Of a stretch of DNA of 64,000 nt, positions 1 through 9,265 are shown in pieces. The notes under the pieces are model-generated. The model worked only from the letters and a program-made list of their open reading frames with translations. It did not search any database and was not told the origin of the DNA. The stretch lies in the NCBI GenBank assembly GCA_900313115.1, contig OMPX01000053.1, positions 568-64,567 on the forward strand. The letters are read 5' to 3'. This DNA is from an uncultured bacterium (GTDB taxonomy: Bacteria > Cyanobacteriota > Vampirovibrionia > Gastranaerophilales > Gastranaerophilaceae). Made by a program: the position numbers and the translations under genes. Each line of letters begins with the position of its first letter. Position 1 is the first letter of the stretch.

Positions 1-91
1 TGTTTTCAAACGGACGGTATTTTTGTTTTGGGAACATAGAATTGTACTTGTAGTAATCCAAATTACTGTAATTGTTGAAGTTGCTGATCAT
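1..91 (-). CDS. hypothetical protein, N-terminal fragment (gene runs off the left edge)
   Basis: ATG at 91-89 preceded by AAAGGA about 8 nt upstream. The frame stays open to position 1 (MISNFNNYSNLDYYKYNSMFPKQKYRPFEN...). Too short to judge. Confidence 0.25.
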   Translation of the reverse strand, partial: MISNFNNYSNLDYYKYNSMFPKQKYRPFEN

Positions 92-286
92 AATATTGTC
101 CTTTCTTTTTCTTGAGTAACGCTTACATTTTTCTAGTTCCTCAGGACAAAAAATTAATAGACAAACTTAACATTTGTTTACAATTACCACCTGTAATACA
201 GTCATAAAGAGGGTTTTATTTTTCACATTTAAAAAAAATATTTTCAATTCAAATTTTTTAATACTTTAAATCTGACAACAATATCT

Positions 287-1543
287 TTACTCATATCTGA
301 GGGCATCAATTGGTTTAAGCAATGATGCTTTATATGCAGGGTAGTAGCCAAAACCTATTCCAACTAAGCCGGAGAAACCTAATGATAAAAATATTGAAAA
401 TAATGATATTTTAACAGACATTTCTGATGCAAAAAAGCCTACAAGCAACGAACCTACAACCCCTACAAATACTCCGATTAGTCCGCCTATTATTGATAAC
501 AAAAAAGATTCAATCAAGAACTGCCATCTGATGTCCCATGCTCTTGCACCAATTGCCATTCTGATACCTATTTCTTTTGTTCGTTCTGTAACGGAAACCA
601 GCATTATGTTCATAATCCCGATACCGCCAACAAGCAGTGAAACTGAAGCTATTGATGCTAATAATATTGCAAATGTTGTAACTGTTGATTTCATTTTTTC
701 CTGAAACTCTGCTGAATTTCTAATCTCAAAATCTTTTGTTTGGTTTGCACTAATGTTGTGGCGCTTCATTAAAATTTCGTTTATATCTTCTATTGCAGTT
801 TCAATAGACTCATCGTCATAGCATTTTACAACAATTTGATCAACTGTGTTCGGAAATTCTGTACCAAAAATTTTTCTTTGACCTGTTGTTAGCGGGATAA
901 ATATTAAATCATCCTGATCGAACGGTCCTGTTTGTCCTTTTGCGGTAAGTGTTCCTATAACTTTAAAAGGCACTCCGCCTATTCTTATAGTTTTTCCGAG
1001 AGAATCAACATCTCCAAACAATTCTGTTTCAATAGTTTTTCCGATAATAGCTATATTTGCGGCATTTCTGACATCATCCATTGTAAATTTTCTGCCCTGA
1101 TCAATCTCAAAATTTTTGACATACATATAATCAGGCATAATACCATATATAGAAGTTGCCCAGTTCTGATTACCGTAAGTAACTTGTTTTGATTGAGATG
1201 AACAAGGTGATAAGGCATCAATTCCTCTTGCGTGTTGCCTGATTGCATGTGCATCTTTTGTGGTGAGTGTCGGAGTAGAGCCCATTCCCATACGTACACC
1301 TCCTGATGTGGCAGATGCACCTCTTAGTGTAAGAAGATTTGTTCCCATTGACTCCATATTTGCCTGAACTTTTTCCTGCGCACCTGTCCCTATTGCAAGC
1401 ATTATAATAACTGCACTGACACCAATAATAATACCCAGACTGGTCAGCATACTTCGCATATTGTTAACTTTTAGGGAAGTTAGTGCTATTTTTAATGTTG
1501 ATTTAAAATCTATCAAGTTTCTCTGCTCCTTTGTTTCATCCAT
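287..1543 (-). CDS. MacB/FtsX-family ABC transporter permease
   Basis: N-terminal LKVNNMRSMLTSLGIIIGVSAVI helix, a large periplasmic domain and a C-terminal FtsX-like 3-TM bundle. Overlaps the upstream ATPase gene. Confidence 0.9.
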   Translation of the reverse strand: MDETKEQRNLIDFKSTLKIALTSLKVNNMRSMLTSLGIIIGVSAVIIMLAIGTGAQEKVQANMESMGTNLLTLRGASATSGGVRMGMGSTPTLTTKDAHAIRQHARGIDALSPCSSQSKQVTYGNQNWATSIYGIMPDYMYVKNFEIDQGRKFTMDDVRNAANIAIIGKTIETELFGDVDSLGKTIRIGGVPFKVIGTLTAKGQTGPFDQDDLIFIPLTTGQRKIFGTEFPNTVDQIVVKCYDDESIETAIEDINEILMKRHNISANQTKDFEIRNSAEFQEKMKSTVTTFAILLASIASVSLLVGGIGIMNIMLVSVTERTKEIGIRMAIGARAWDIRWQFLIESFLLSIIGGLIGVFVGVVGSLLVGFFASEMSVKISLFSIFLSLGFSGLVGIGFGYYPAYKASLLKPIDALRYE

Positions 1544-2229
1544 TCTTCTTTTGGTAAGTCAGAAACAATCTGTCCGTCTTTGAATCTAATTATGCGTTTT
1601 GTATATTCGGCAATATCCGGTTCGTGCGTTACAAGAACAATGGTTTTCTTGTATTTCTGATTTAATTCAACAAAAAAATTCATAACATCAATACTTGTTT
1701 TTGTGTCAAGATTTCCGGTTGGTTCGTCTGCGAGAATAAGCGGTGCATCATTTACAATAGCTCTTGCAATAGCAACTCTTTGTTGCTGACCTCCTGACAT
1801 CTGATTTGGTAAGTGGTCTTCTCTGTTTTCAAGACCAACTATCTTTAAGGCATACCTTGCTCTTTTATGTCGTTCTTCTTCTGGAATACCTTTATATATC
1901 ATAGGCAGCTCTACATTTTCAAGTGCGGATGTTCTTGGTATCAGGTTAAACCCCTGAAAAACAAAACCTATTTTGACATTTCTGATATCAGATAATTCTT
2001 CAGACGTGAGCGACAAAACATCTACTCCGTCGAGATAGTAAGAACCTGATGTTGGGGTATCAAGTGTACCTAAAGTATTCATGCAGGTTGATTTTCCTGA
2101 ACCTGATGTTCCCATTATTGACACAAATTCGCCTTCTTCAATGCTAAAAGACACATCATTTAATGCGTTAAAGCTTTCTTCGCCTGTTTGATAGGTTTTT
2201 ATTAAATTTTTAACTTCAATTAGTGCCAT
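1513..2229 (-). CDS. ABC transporter ATP-binding protein (MacB/LolD type)
   Basis: Walker A GTSGSGKST, signature MSGGQQQRVAIARA, Walker B ILADEPTGNLD. Confidence 0.95.
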   Translation of the reverse strand: MALIEVKNLIKTYQTGEESFNALNDVSFSIEEGEFVSIMGTSGSGKSTCMNTLGTLDTPTSGSYYLDGVDVLSLTSEELSDIRNVKIGFVFQGFNLIPRTSALENVELPMIYKGIPEEERHKRARYALKIVGLENREDHLPNQMSGGQQQRVAIARAIVNDAPLILADEPTGNLDTKTSIDVMNFFVELNQKYKKTIVLVTHEPDIAEYTKRIIRFKDGQIVSDLPKEEWMKQRSRET

Positions 2230-2238
2230 TTTAATATC

Positions 2239-3435
2239 CTAGAATGGTGGTCGCATTCCTCTGCCGCCGCCGCTCATCGCTTTTGTTTTATTTTTTTTGT
2301 CGCCTTTTATTCCAATTATCACTTTATCTTTTTCTTTAATACTGTCGGATATGATTTCTGTATAAGAATCATCGCTTAATCCTGTTTTTACGGCAATACG
2401 TCTTGGTTTATGTCCTGCATAAATCCATATACCTTTTTCTTTGTATTTTTGTCCGTTTTTGTTCGGTGTGAATTTAAATGCAAAGTTTGGAACACATAAA
2501 ACGTGTTCGTGCTTTGACGTGATAATTGAAACATTCGCTGTCATCCCCGGTTTTAGTTTTAAATCTTCGTTATCAACAGCTACTACAACCGTATATGTTA
2601 CGACATTTGAAACAGTTGTTGGAGAGAGCCTAACCTGTCTTACTACACCCTTAAATGTTGTATCAGGATATCCGTCAAGTGTAAACTCTGCAAGTTGTCC
2701 TTCTTTTACATTTATAATATCTGCTTCCGATACATTAACTTCTATTTGCATTTTCTTTAAATCTTGTGCAATAACAAAGTGCTCAGGCGCTTGGAAACTT
2801 GCTGCAACAGGTTGACCTTCTTCTATTTTTTTTGAAATAACAACTCCGTCAACAGGAGATATTATTCTTGTAAAACTGAGATTGATTGTTGCATTTTTAT
2901 ACTGAGATTGTGTCCTTGTTATTTCATCTTTTGCTGAAGCAACTTTTGCCTTGCAAGAAAGATAATCACTTTCTGCCTGATCAAGTTCACTTTTTGGAAT
3001 AAAGTTTCTTCGATAAAGATTTCTGTATCGGTTCAAAGTCTTTTTACTCATATCGAGTTTTGATTGCATATCTCTAAGATTTTCTCTTGCAGCACTGACT
3101 TGTGCCATACTTTGATTTACATTTTCCTGAAAAGTTCTTGGATCAATTAATGCTAATAATTGCCCTTTTTTAACAGGAGAATTGTAGTCAGCATAAACAG
3201 CCGTAACAAGTCCTGATACAGTAGCACCGACACTGTATGTGTTGACAGGATTGATTGTTCCTGATGCTTCAACTACCTGTGTAATAGTTCGGTATTCTAC
3301 AGGTTTTGTCTCATATTTCGGCCCGTTAAATAGCCCCTTTATCGATAGTAATAAAACTATCACTATGCAAATAGTGACTCCCGTTAAAATTCTTTTATTT
3401 TTTAATTTTTCTTTTATCTGTTCGATTTGTATCAT
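2239..3435 (-). CDS. efflux periplasmic adaptor (HlyD/MacA family)
   Basis: N-terminal TM anchor, coiled-coil hairpin and beta-barrel regions typical of membrane fusion proteins. Operon context with the ABC pump and TolC. Confidence 0.85.
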   Translation of the reverse strand: MIQIEQIKEKLKNKRILTGVTICIVIVLLLSIKGLFNGPKYETKPVEYRTITQVVEASGTINPVNTYSVGATVSGLVTAVYADYNSPVKKGQLLALIDPRTFQENVNQSMAQVSAARENLRDMQSKLDMSKKTLNRYRNLYRRNFIPKSELDQAESDYLSCKAKVASAKDEITRTQSQYKNATINLSFTRIISPVDGVVISKKIEEGQPVAASFQAPEHFVIAQDLKKMQIEVNVSEADIINVKEGQLAEFTLDGYPDTTFKGVVRQVRLSPTTVSNVVTYTVVVAVDNEDLKLKPGMTANVSIITSKHEHVLCVPNFAFKFTPNKNGQKYKEKGIWIYAGHKPRRIAVKTGLSDDSYTEIISDSIKEKDKVIIGIKGDKKNKTKAMSGGGRGMRPPF

Positions 3436-4918
3436 TAACTTTATCCTCTAATGTAAGTGTTATCTTTTCTGAAGCAATTTCTTTTTCTATTGTAGCTCTT
3501 GCAACATTGTAATTAAATATATTTTGAATATATGTGTGCTGAGCACTGTTATAATTTGCTTTTGCGTCCTGAACCTCAATAAAATCGCCTAGTCCTACTT
3601 CATATCTTCCATCTGCTAATTCTAAATTTTCAAGTGTTTGTCTTACTTTAACGGAGTTAAGCGGAATTTGTTCCTCGTAGGCAATCATATCAACATACGT
3701 TTTTTGAATTTCAAAATACATGTTTTGTTTTAATTGATCTATGTCATTTTGTGCCATGTTAACTTGTATTTTTGCGTTGTCAATTTTGTGTTTTGTCTGA
3801 ATCGGATTTATTGATGATGTTAGTTCAACCGCAATATCAAAGGAATTTGAGCCGGTTATGTTACTATTCATATAACCATAACCAACCGAACCTGAAAGTT
3901 CCGGATAATACTCTCTTTTTGTGTATAAAAGAGCTTGTTTCATTGCATCTTTTGTTGCTTCTAATGATTTTAAGTCGTATCTGTTTTCATAGGCATATTG
4001 CACTGATTCATCAAACGACATCGGGAATTTGTTTTTAAATACATAGTCTTTGAGCACATTTTCATTTTTTTCACTTTTTGTTAATGTCGCATTAAAAACT
4101 TCTTCCGGCAGATTACTTATATCTTTGTAGTTTGTTATTTTAACTAAATTAACAGGCAGATAATTGTGGTCAAAGTTGAACGTATCAGTTCTTTTGATTG
4201 TAAAGTTTGGAGCATTTGCAACATACATTGTATTCCCAAGTGCAATAATAGCATTTTTGTATTCTTTTTCAGATTTGATAAGCGCTATTTTAGAGTCGCT
4301 CAAATAAACTTCTGCGTTAACTAAATCAATTTTAGAGCGAATACCTTCTTCAAAATATGCTTTTGTTCTTTGATAGTTTCTTTCATTTATTTGGACATTT
4401 GCTTTATCAATTTCAACTATCGCCTGAGCTGCCAACACTGCGTAATATTTTAGTTTGACTTGATAAATAGTTTCTATAACTTCTTGATTAAAGTCGTGTT
4501 CAGCTGCAATTTTATAGAATTTTTCCATCCTTATATTTGCGTTAGTTTTACCAAAATTCCAAATCATTTCTCTGAGTCTGACATCAACGCTCGGTAAAGA
4601 TCTTGTAGATGATGTATGTCGCCATGCTCTCGTCCAATCCTGATGATATCCTGCTCCTGCAGATAAAGTCGGAGCATACTGAGCTTTTGCAATACTAACA
4701 TTATGTTTTGCCATTTGCCAATAATATCTCATCTGTTTTATATTTGGACTTCTGGATAATGCAATATTTATGCAGTCATCTAACGAAAGATTAGCACCTT
4801 CTGTTATAGGCATTTCCTGAGCTGAAAGTTGGATTGGTTCAGCAGAAAAAGATGGTGCTATAAAAAATAGCAACATAGATATTATAAAAAACAAAACTCT
4901 AATCTTTTTCACTAACAT
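3395..4918 (-). CDS. TolC-family outer membrane efflux protein
   Basis: Signal peptide and two OEP-like repeat halves. First gene of the efflux operon. Confidence 0.8.
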   Translation of the reverse strand: MLVKKIRVLFFIISMLLFFIAPSFSAEPIQLSAQEMPITEGANLSLDDCINIALSRSPNIKQMRYYWQMAKHNVSIAKAQYAPTLSAGAGYHQDWTRAWRHTSSTRSLPSVDVRLREMIWNFGKTNANIRMEKFYKIAAEHDFNQEVIETIYQVKLKYYAVLAAQAIVEIDKANVQINERNYQRTKAYFEEGIRSKIDLVNAEVYLSDSKIALIKSEKEYKNAIIALGNTMYVANAPNFTIKRTDTFNFDHNYLPVNLVKITNYKDISNLPEEVFNATLTKSEKNENVLKDYVFKNKFPMSFDESVQYAYENRYDLKSLEATKDAMKQALLYTKREYYPELSGSVGYGYMNSNITGSNSFDIAVELTSSINPIQTKHKIDNAKIQVNMAQNDIDQLKQNMYFEIQKTYVDMIAYEEQIPLNSVKVRQTLENLELADGRYEVGLGDFIEVQDAKANYNSAQHTYIQNIFNYNVARATIEKEIASEKITLTLEDKVNDTNRTDKRKIKK

Positions 4919-4932
4919 TCTTTCTACAAATT

Positions 4933-5367
4933 TTAATTTTTCAAATAATTAATTAAGCCTTCCAATCCTAAAATATAAGAATCTTTTCCAAATCCAACAA
5001 CTTGCGCAATAGCTACACCTGATATTAAAGAAGTGTGTCTGAATTCTTCTCTTGCATGAATATTTGTCATATGTATTTCGACCGTAGGTATAGCAACAGA
5101 TGATATAGCATCTCTTAAAGATACACTTGTGTGCGTTAATCCACCTGCATTGATTAGTAAACCATCGTATTTGCCTTTGGCAGAGTGGATTGTATCTATT
5201 ATATCACCTTCGTGATTTGATTGAAAACAATCTAATTCAGCACCGTTATTTTTTGCATAGTGAGTTAAATTCAATTCTATATCACTTAGCGTTGTATTAC
5301 CGTATTTTTCCGGTTCTCTGGTCCCTAACAAATTCAAATTTGGCCCGTTTATAAGCAGTAATTTCAT
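4933..5367 (-). CDS. aroQ: type II 3-dehydroquinate dehydratase
   Basis: MKLLLINGPNLNLLGTREPEKYG, HEG and NAGGLTHTSVSLRDA motifs. SD AAGGGGGA upstream. Confidence 0.97.
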   Translation of the reverse strand: MKLLLINGPNLNLLGTREPEKYGNTTLSDIELNLTHYAKNNGAELDCFQSNHEGDIIDTIHSAKGKYDGLLINAGGLTHTSVSLRDAISSVAIPTVEIHMTNIHAREEFRHTSLISGVAIAQVVGFGKDSYILGLEGLINYLKN

Positions 5368-5447
5368 CTGTAATCCCCCTTATAATAGCTTATCATTACA
5401 ATGAGTCAGGTCAAATTATTTACGTTTCTTAGTTTAACTATAATTTA

Positions 5448-5825
5448 TTAATCATCACCAATTGCTATTCGTTTAAGTTTTTTATGCTCCATTTTAAGCT
5501 TGTTCATTCTCCAATCGATTTGATCAATATGTTTGAGTTGTTGGCGTTGCGTATTTATTATATCCATTTGCTGATGCATTTGGCGATTTTGAGCATCAAG
5601 TGCGTTATGCATTCTTTCAATTAAATCTTTGTTTTTTTGTAGTCTTGATTCCATTATTTTTATTGTCATAATTCTTTTTTCTAAAGCCGCTTCCAGAATT
5701 TTGATACTATCCGTCAGCGATTCAACTGATTTTGCAGGAATATAATCTTCCCCCATAAAGGTCAGAATTGCACCTCTTGGGGTTGTCCTAATCGAAAAAA
5801 TTTTACCGAAAAATTCTCTAATCAT
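5448..5825 (-). CDS. hypothetical coiled-coil protein
   Basis: 125-aa ORF whose C-terminal two thirds are heptad-like and rich in Q/K/M. No recognisable family. Confidence 0.5.
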   Translation of the reverse strand: MIREFFGKIFSIRTTPRGAILTFMGEDYIPAKSVESLTDSIKILEAALEKRIMTIKIMESRLQKNKDLIERMHNALDAQNRQMHQQMDIINTQRQQLKHIDQIDWRMNKLKMEHKKLKRIAIGDD

Positions 5826-6055
5826 ACTCTATATTTTAATAGTTTTTATTTCTATTTCAAGTGTTTTCATGCAAAGTTTATACTTTAGTATGATAAACAA
5901 GTTTTTACTATAGTAGCTAATTTTAATATTCAAACCTTATACATATACTTTGTGTTGCGATTTGTAACAGAACTTAGTCTTATTTATTAAAAAAAGCAAA
6001 TTTCTTAAAAAAAAATACTTTATAGAGATAAGAGTTAAGTATTTTGGGAATAATT

Positions 6056-8302
6056 ATGCTTGATAATGTAAGAAATTTAGCAAATAATAATATTTCTAAC
6101 GACGATGCGAGGATTAAATCGTCTGATTTTGCTAAACATCCTTCATTTAAAGGCAACCCAAATGCTGTTGACAATACTCCGACAGCAGATACATATTCAA
6201 CTCAATTACAGGCACCACCGCCTGAAATGAGCTTTGGACAAAAGTTCTTAAAATACATTATCCCGACATGGGGTGGTTTACATTTAGGGACAACTCTTTA
6301 TAATCACGCTAATTCAGGTGAATATGAAAAGAGTCTGGTAGGCAGATTAGGTAAATTAGGTGACAAACTATCTCAAACATCACTTATTAGAAATAGTTTT
6401 GTTGATAAATTGCGTGCGCACGGAAGTACGATAAGAGCAAACATTCAAAACTTTATTGACAGACACCCTACTTTGAGTGCAATGCAAAAAACACCTACAA
6501 AACCTGAATCATCAATGGTTACAAATTTCTTAGAAACTCAAAATGATGCAGATTTAAAAGAAGCTTCTGCTAAGTTAAAAGATTTTATGGAAAAAGGACC
6601 AAAAACTCTTCAGGAAGCAGGTGCAACAAAAGCTGAAATAAATGCTTTAAAAGCTAAATATGGTACAAATGCATTTGGAAGAATTAAAAACAGTTCAAAA
6701 GCCGTTGAAGAATTTTTGTTGAATAAGATAGGTGCAGATTTAGGTCATACAAATATAATGGCTACAATTGAAGCAAGAGAAGCTGCAATGCTTCAACAAC
6801 TGCAAAGATATCAAACAGCTTTGAATACTCCAAATTTGACACCTCAAGCAAGAGAATTTTTAACAAACAGAATAGCTCAAATAAGTAGTTTAACTGCGAA
6901 TTACAGAGCAAATACATTAAGCCAATTAAAATTAAGAGCTTTGGGACTGGATAAAGCAACAATGGGCGCTATTACTTCAAATCCTGAAGCTAACGGACAG
7001 GTTATTAATCAGGCTATCGGGAAGGCTACAAAGTATTCACCAAAACTATCACAATTTGCAAATAAAGTAAAAAGTATATTTGCACCAACAAGTAAACTTG
7101 GTAAATTCTTACCTAAAATGTCAAAACTCGGCATGAGAGGTTTGACATTCGGCGGCGGACTATTCAACAGTTTATTTGTAGCATTTTTCTTGGGGGATGC
7201 AGTAAAAAACACAATTGATGCCCCAAAAGATCAAAAAGTCGGCACAGCAGTCCACGGACTAATGGATGCAATGTCTTGGGTAATCGCAATGCCAATTGCA
7301 TTGAAAGGTATGCACGCTGTCAACGGTTTGAAGAATTTAGGAAAATCCGAGGCACAGGTAAAAGCATACGAAGCAGCTTTGAAAACATTTAATGAAAGTG
7401 CAAAAGCAGGCTTGTTTAAATCACATGCTCATTATAATAATGCTTGGAAAGCAGTTGAAACTCTTAAAAATGCAGGTACAGCACCAACTGGCTTTAAAAA
7501 AGTGTTGAGTAAAGTGGCAAGCTTCTTAAGTATCGGTTTAGGTCAAAAAGAAGCCTTCAGACGTAACACCGAAGGCTTAACAGGTGCAGCTAAACGTGCA
7601 GCTAAAATGGCCAATTTTAAAGGTAAATTGCCTAACTTCCTGAGAAATTGTGTAGGTTATCCGCTCAGATTTGCATTATATATGGTTGTATTCCAACCTA
7701 TAGTAGATAAAATCTTCTCCGGTATTACATCTGCTATTTTCGGAAAAGCTTATGACCCTGAAAAAATTAAAGAAGAATATGAAAAAGCTCATCAGGGTGA
7801 TTTTATGAAACAGCTTATGTTTGAAAACAGAGCTACAAACATCATGCCTAATCCTGAAGCTGTAAAAGGGTTAAGCACTGTACAAGAAGAAAATCTTGAT
7901 GACAAAAACTTGATAAAACAAGAATTAATAAGAAAAGGTATTTTAAAAGCATCTAATAATCAAAAGCCTGCAAATCAAAATCAATGGGATAATATAAATG
8001 GTGTTTCAGTAAATGTTTCAGACAGAAATAATAAACCGTTTATGCCGCCTGAAGGTCAAACTCAAAATGGCGCAGGAATGAATGGTGTTGGACAAGATAA
8101 CCAAAAGGATCCTAACAAAAGTGATTATGATGTTGTTCCAAGATCTTATGTTCCGCAAATAGATTGGAATAACCCTGTCCCTTACAACGATCCGATGGCT
8201 GATCCAAATGCTGAGATTAATTATTACAGAGCAAAACAACTTTTAGATAACTCTGACAAAGTAGCAGATGATGTCAGAAAATACTTAAAAGGCGATAAGT
8301 AA
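6056..8302 (+). CDS. hypothetical large membrane-associated protein
   Basis: Long ORF that opens at TTG 6044; the first ATG is at 6056. Ala/Lys-rich helical N-terminal half, at least two hydrophobic segments (GGGLFNSLFVAFFLG, AMSWVIAMPIAL), N/Q/P-rich C-terminus. No family recognised. Confidence 0.7.
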   Translation: MLDNVRNLANNNISNDDARIKSSDFAKHPSFKGNPNAVDNTPTADTYSTQLQAPPPEMSFGQKFLKYIIPTWGGLHLGTTLYNHANSGEYEKSLVGRLGKLGDKLSQTSLIRNSFVDKLRAHGSTIRANIQNFIDRHPTLSAMQKTPTKPESSMVTNFLETQNDADLKEASAKLKDFMEKGPKTLQEAGATKAEINALKAKYGTNAFGRIKNSSKAVEEFLLNKIGADLGHTNIMATIEAREAAMLQQLQRYQTALNTPNLTPQAREFLTNRIAQISSLTANYRANTLSQLKLRALGLDKATMGAITSNPEANGQVINQAIGKATKYSPKLSQFANKVKSIFAPTSKLGKFLPKMSKLGMRGLTFGGGLFNSLFVAFFLGDAVKNTIDAPKDQKVGTAVHGLMDAMSWVIAMPIALKGMHAVNGLKNLGKSEAQVKAYEAALKTFNESAKAGLFKSHAHYNNAWKAVETLKNAGTAPTGFKKVLSKVASFLSIGLGQKEAFRRNTEGLTGAAKRAAKMANFKGKLPNFLRNCVGYPLRFALYMVVFQPIVDKIFSGITSAIFGKAYDPEKIKEEYEKAHQGDFMKQLMFENRATNIMPNPEAVKGLSTVQEENLDDKNLIKQELIRKGILKASNNQKPANQNQWDNINGVSVNVSDRNNKPFMPPEGQTQNGAGMNGVGQDNQKDPNKSDYDVVPRSYVPQIDWNNPVPYNDPMADPNAEINYYRAKQLLDNSDKVADDVRKYLKGDK

Positions 8303-8408
8303 TTATTATATTTACCCCACACTGATATTAAAATAATATAAATAAAATCTAAAAAATTAATTATTTATATTATACTTTTAGTGTTAGATACGTAAAATGG
8401 AGAGAGAA

Positions 8409-9215
8409 ATGATAGATAAAACTGCAATAATTGATCCGTCAGCTCAAATTGACGAAACAGCAATAATTGGTCCTAATGTTGTAATAGGAAAAAATGTCAA
8501 AATCGGTGCAAGAACAAGAGTAATTGCAAATGCATACATTGAGTATTCAGAAATCGGTGAAGATTGTACAATAAGCCCGTTTGCTACTATTGGTTCTGAA
8601 CCTCAGGATTTGGGATACAAAGGAGAAGAAACAAAAGTTGTTATTGGTAACGGCACTATAATCAAGGAAAATGTGACAATTCACAGAGGTGCAGCTTGCG
8701 GTGATTTTACAACAAGAGTTGGGAACAAGTGTTTACTGATGGTTGGGTCACACGTTGCTCATAACTGTGTTCTTGAAGATGAAGTAATTTTGGCAAACTT
8801 AGTTACTTTAGGCGGACACATTCACGTCGGATTCGGTGCATTCATCGGTGGTATGAGTGTATTCCATCAAAATATCAGAATCGGGAAGATGGCAATTATC
8901 AGCGGATTTTCTGCAGCAAGACAAGATATTCTTCCGTTCTCTAAAGGCGAAGGCAGACCTCCTGTAGCAAGAGGTTTGAATGTAGTTGCACTAAAGAGAA
9001 GAGGATATTCAATGGACGATATCAATATCGCAAGACATGCGTTTAAGTATTTGATATCTGACGAATATAATACAACTCAGGCTATTGAAAAAATCAGAGA
9101 AGACGGAAAAATAAACTCTATTGTCGAAGAAATGATTGAGTTTGTTCAGACATCAAAAAGAGGGGTGACTCTAAAAAACCATAAAACAGGTTTCAGAAGT
9201 CTTGATGAAGAATAG
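8409..9215 (+). CDS. lpxA: acyl-ACP--UDP-N-acetylglucosamine O-acyltransferase
   Basis: Left-handed beta-helix hexapeptide repeats followed by an LpxA-type helical C-terminus. The ORF opens at 8397, but ATG 8409 follows the SD GGAGAGAG. Confidence 0.85.
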   Translation: MIDKTAIIDPSAQIDETAIIGPNVVIGKNVKIGARTRVIANAYIEYSEIGEDCTISPFATIGSEPQDLGYKGEETKVVIGNGTIIKENVTIHRGAACGDFTTRVGNKCLLMVGSHVAHNCVLEDEVILANLVTLGGHIHVGFGAFIGGMSVFHQNIRIGKMAIISGFSAARQDILPFSKGEGRPPVARGLNVVALKRRGYSMDDINIARHAFKYLISDEYNTTQAIEKIREDGKINSIVEEMIEFVQTSKRGVTLKNHKTGFRSLDEE

Positions 9216-9232
9216 TAAAATAACGTATAACC

Positions 9233-9265
9233 AAAAAAGAGAAGTTTTAGAACTTCTCTTTTTTT
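9233..9265. terminator. bidirectional intrinsic terminator between lpxA and the U32-like gene
   Basis: AAGAGAAGTT / TTAG / AACTTCTCTT stem-loop flanked by an A-run and a T-run. Confidence 0.75.

Noticed and set aside
6044-8302. The 752-aa protein as the missing TpsA cargo (it contains GNPNA)
   Set aside because: It is not adjacent to the TpsB gene, has no signal peptide, and looks helical and Ala/Lys-rich rather than having a beta-helical TPS domain. The NPN match is a trivial tripeptide.
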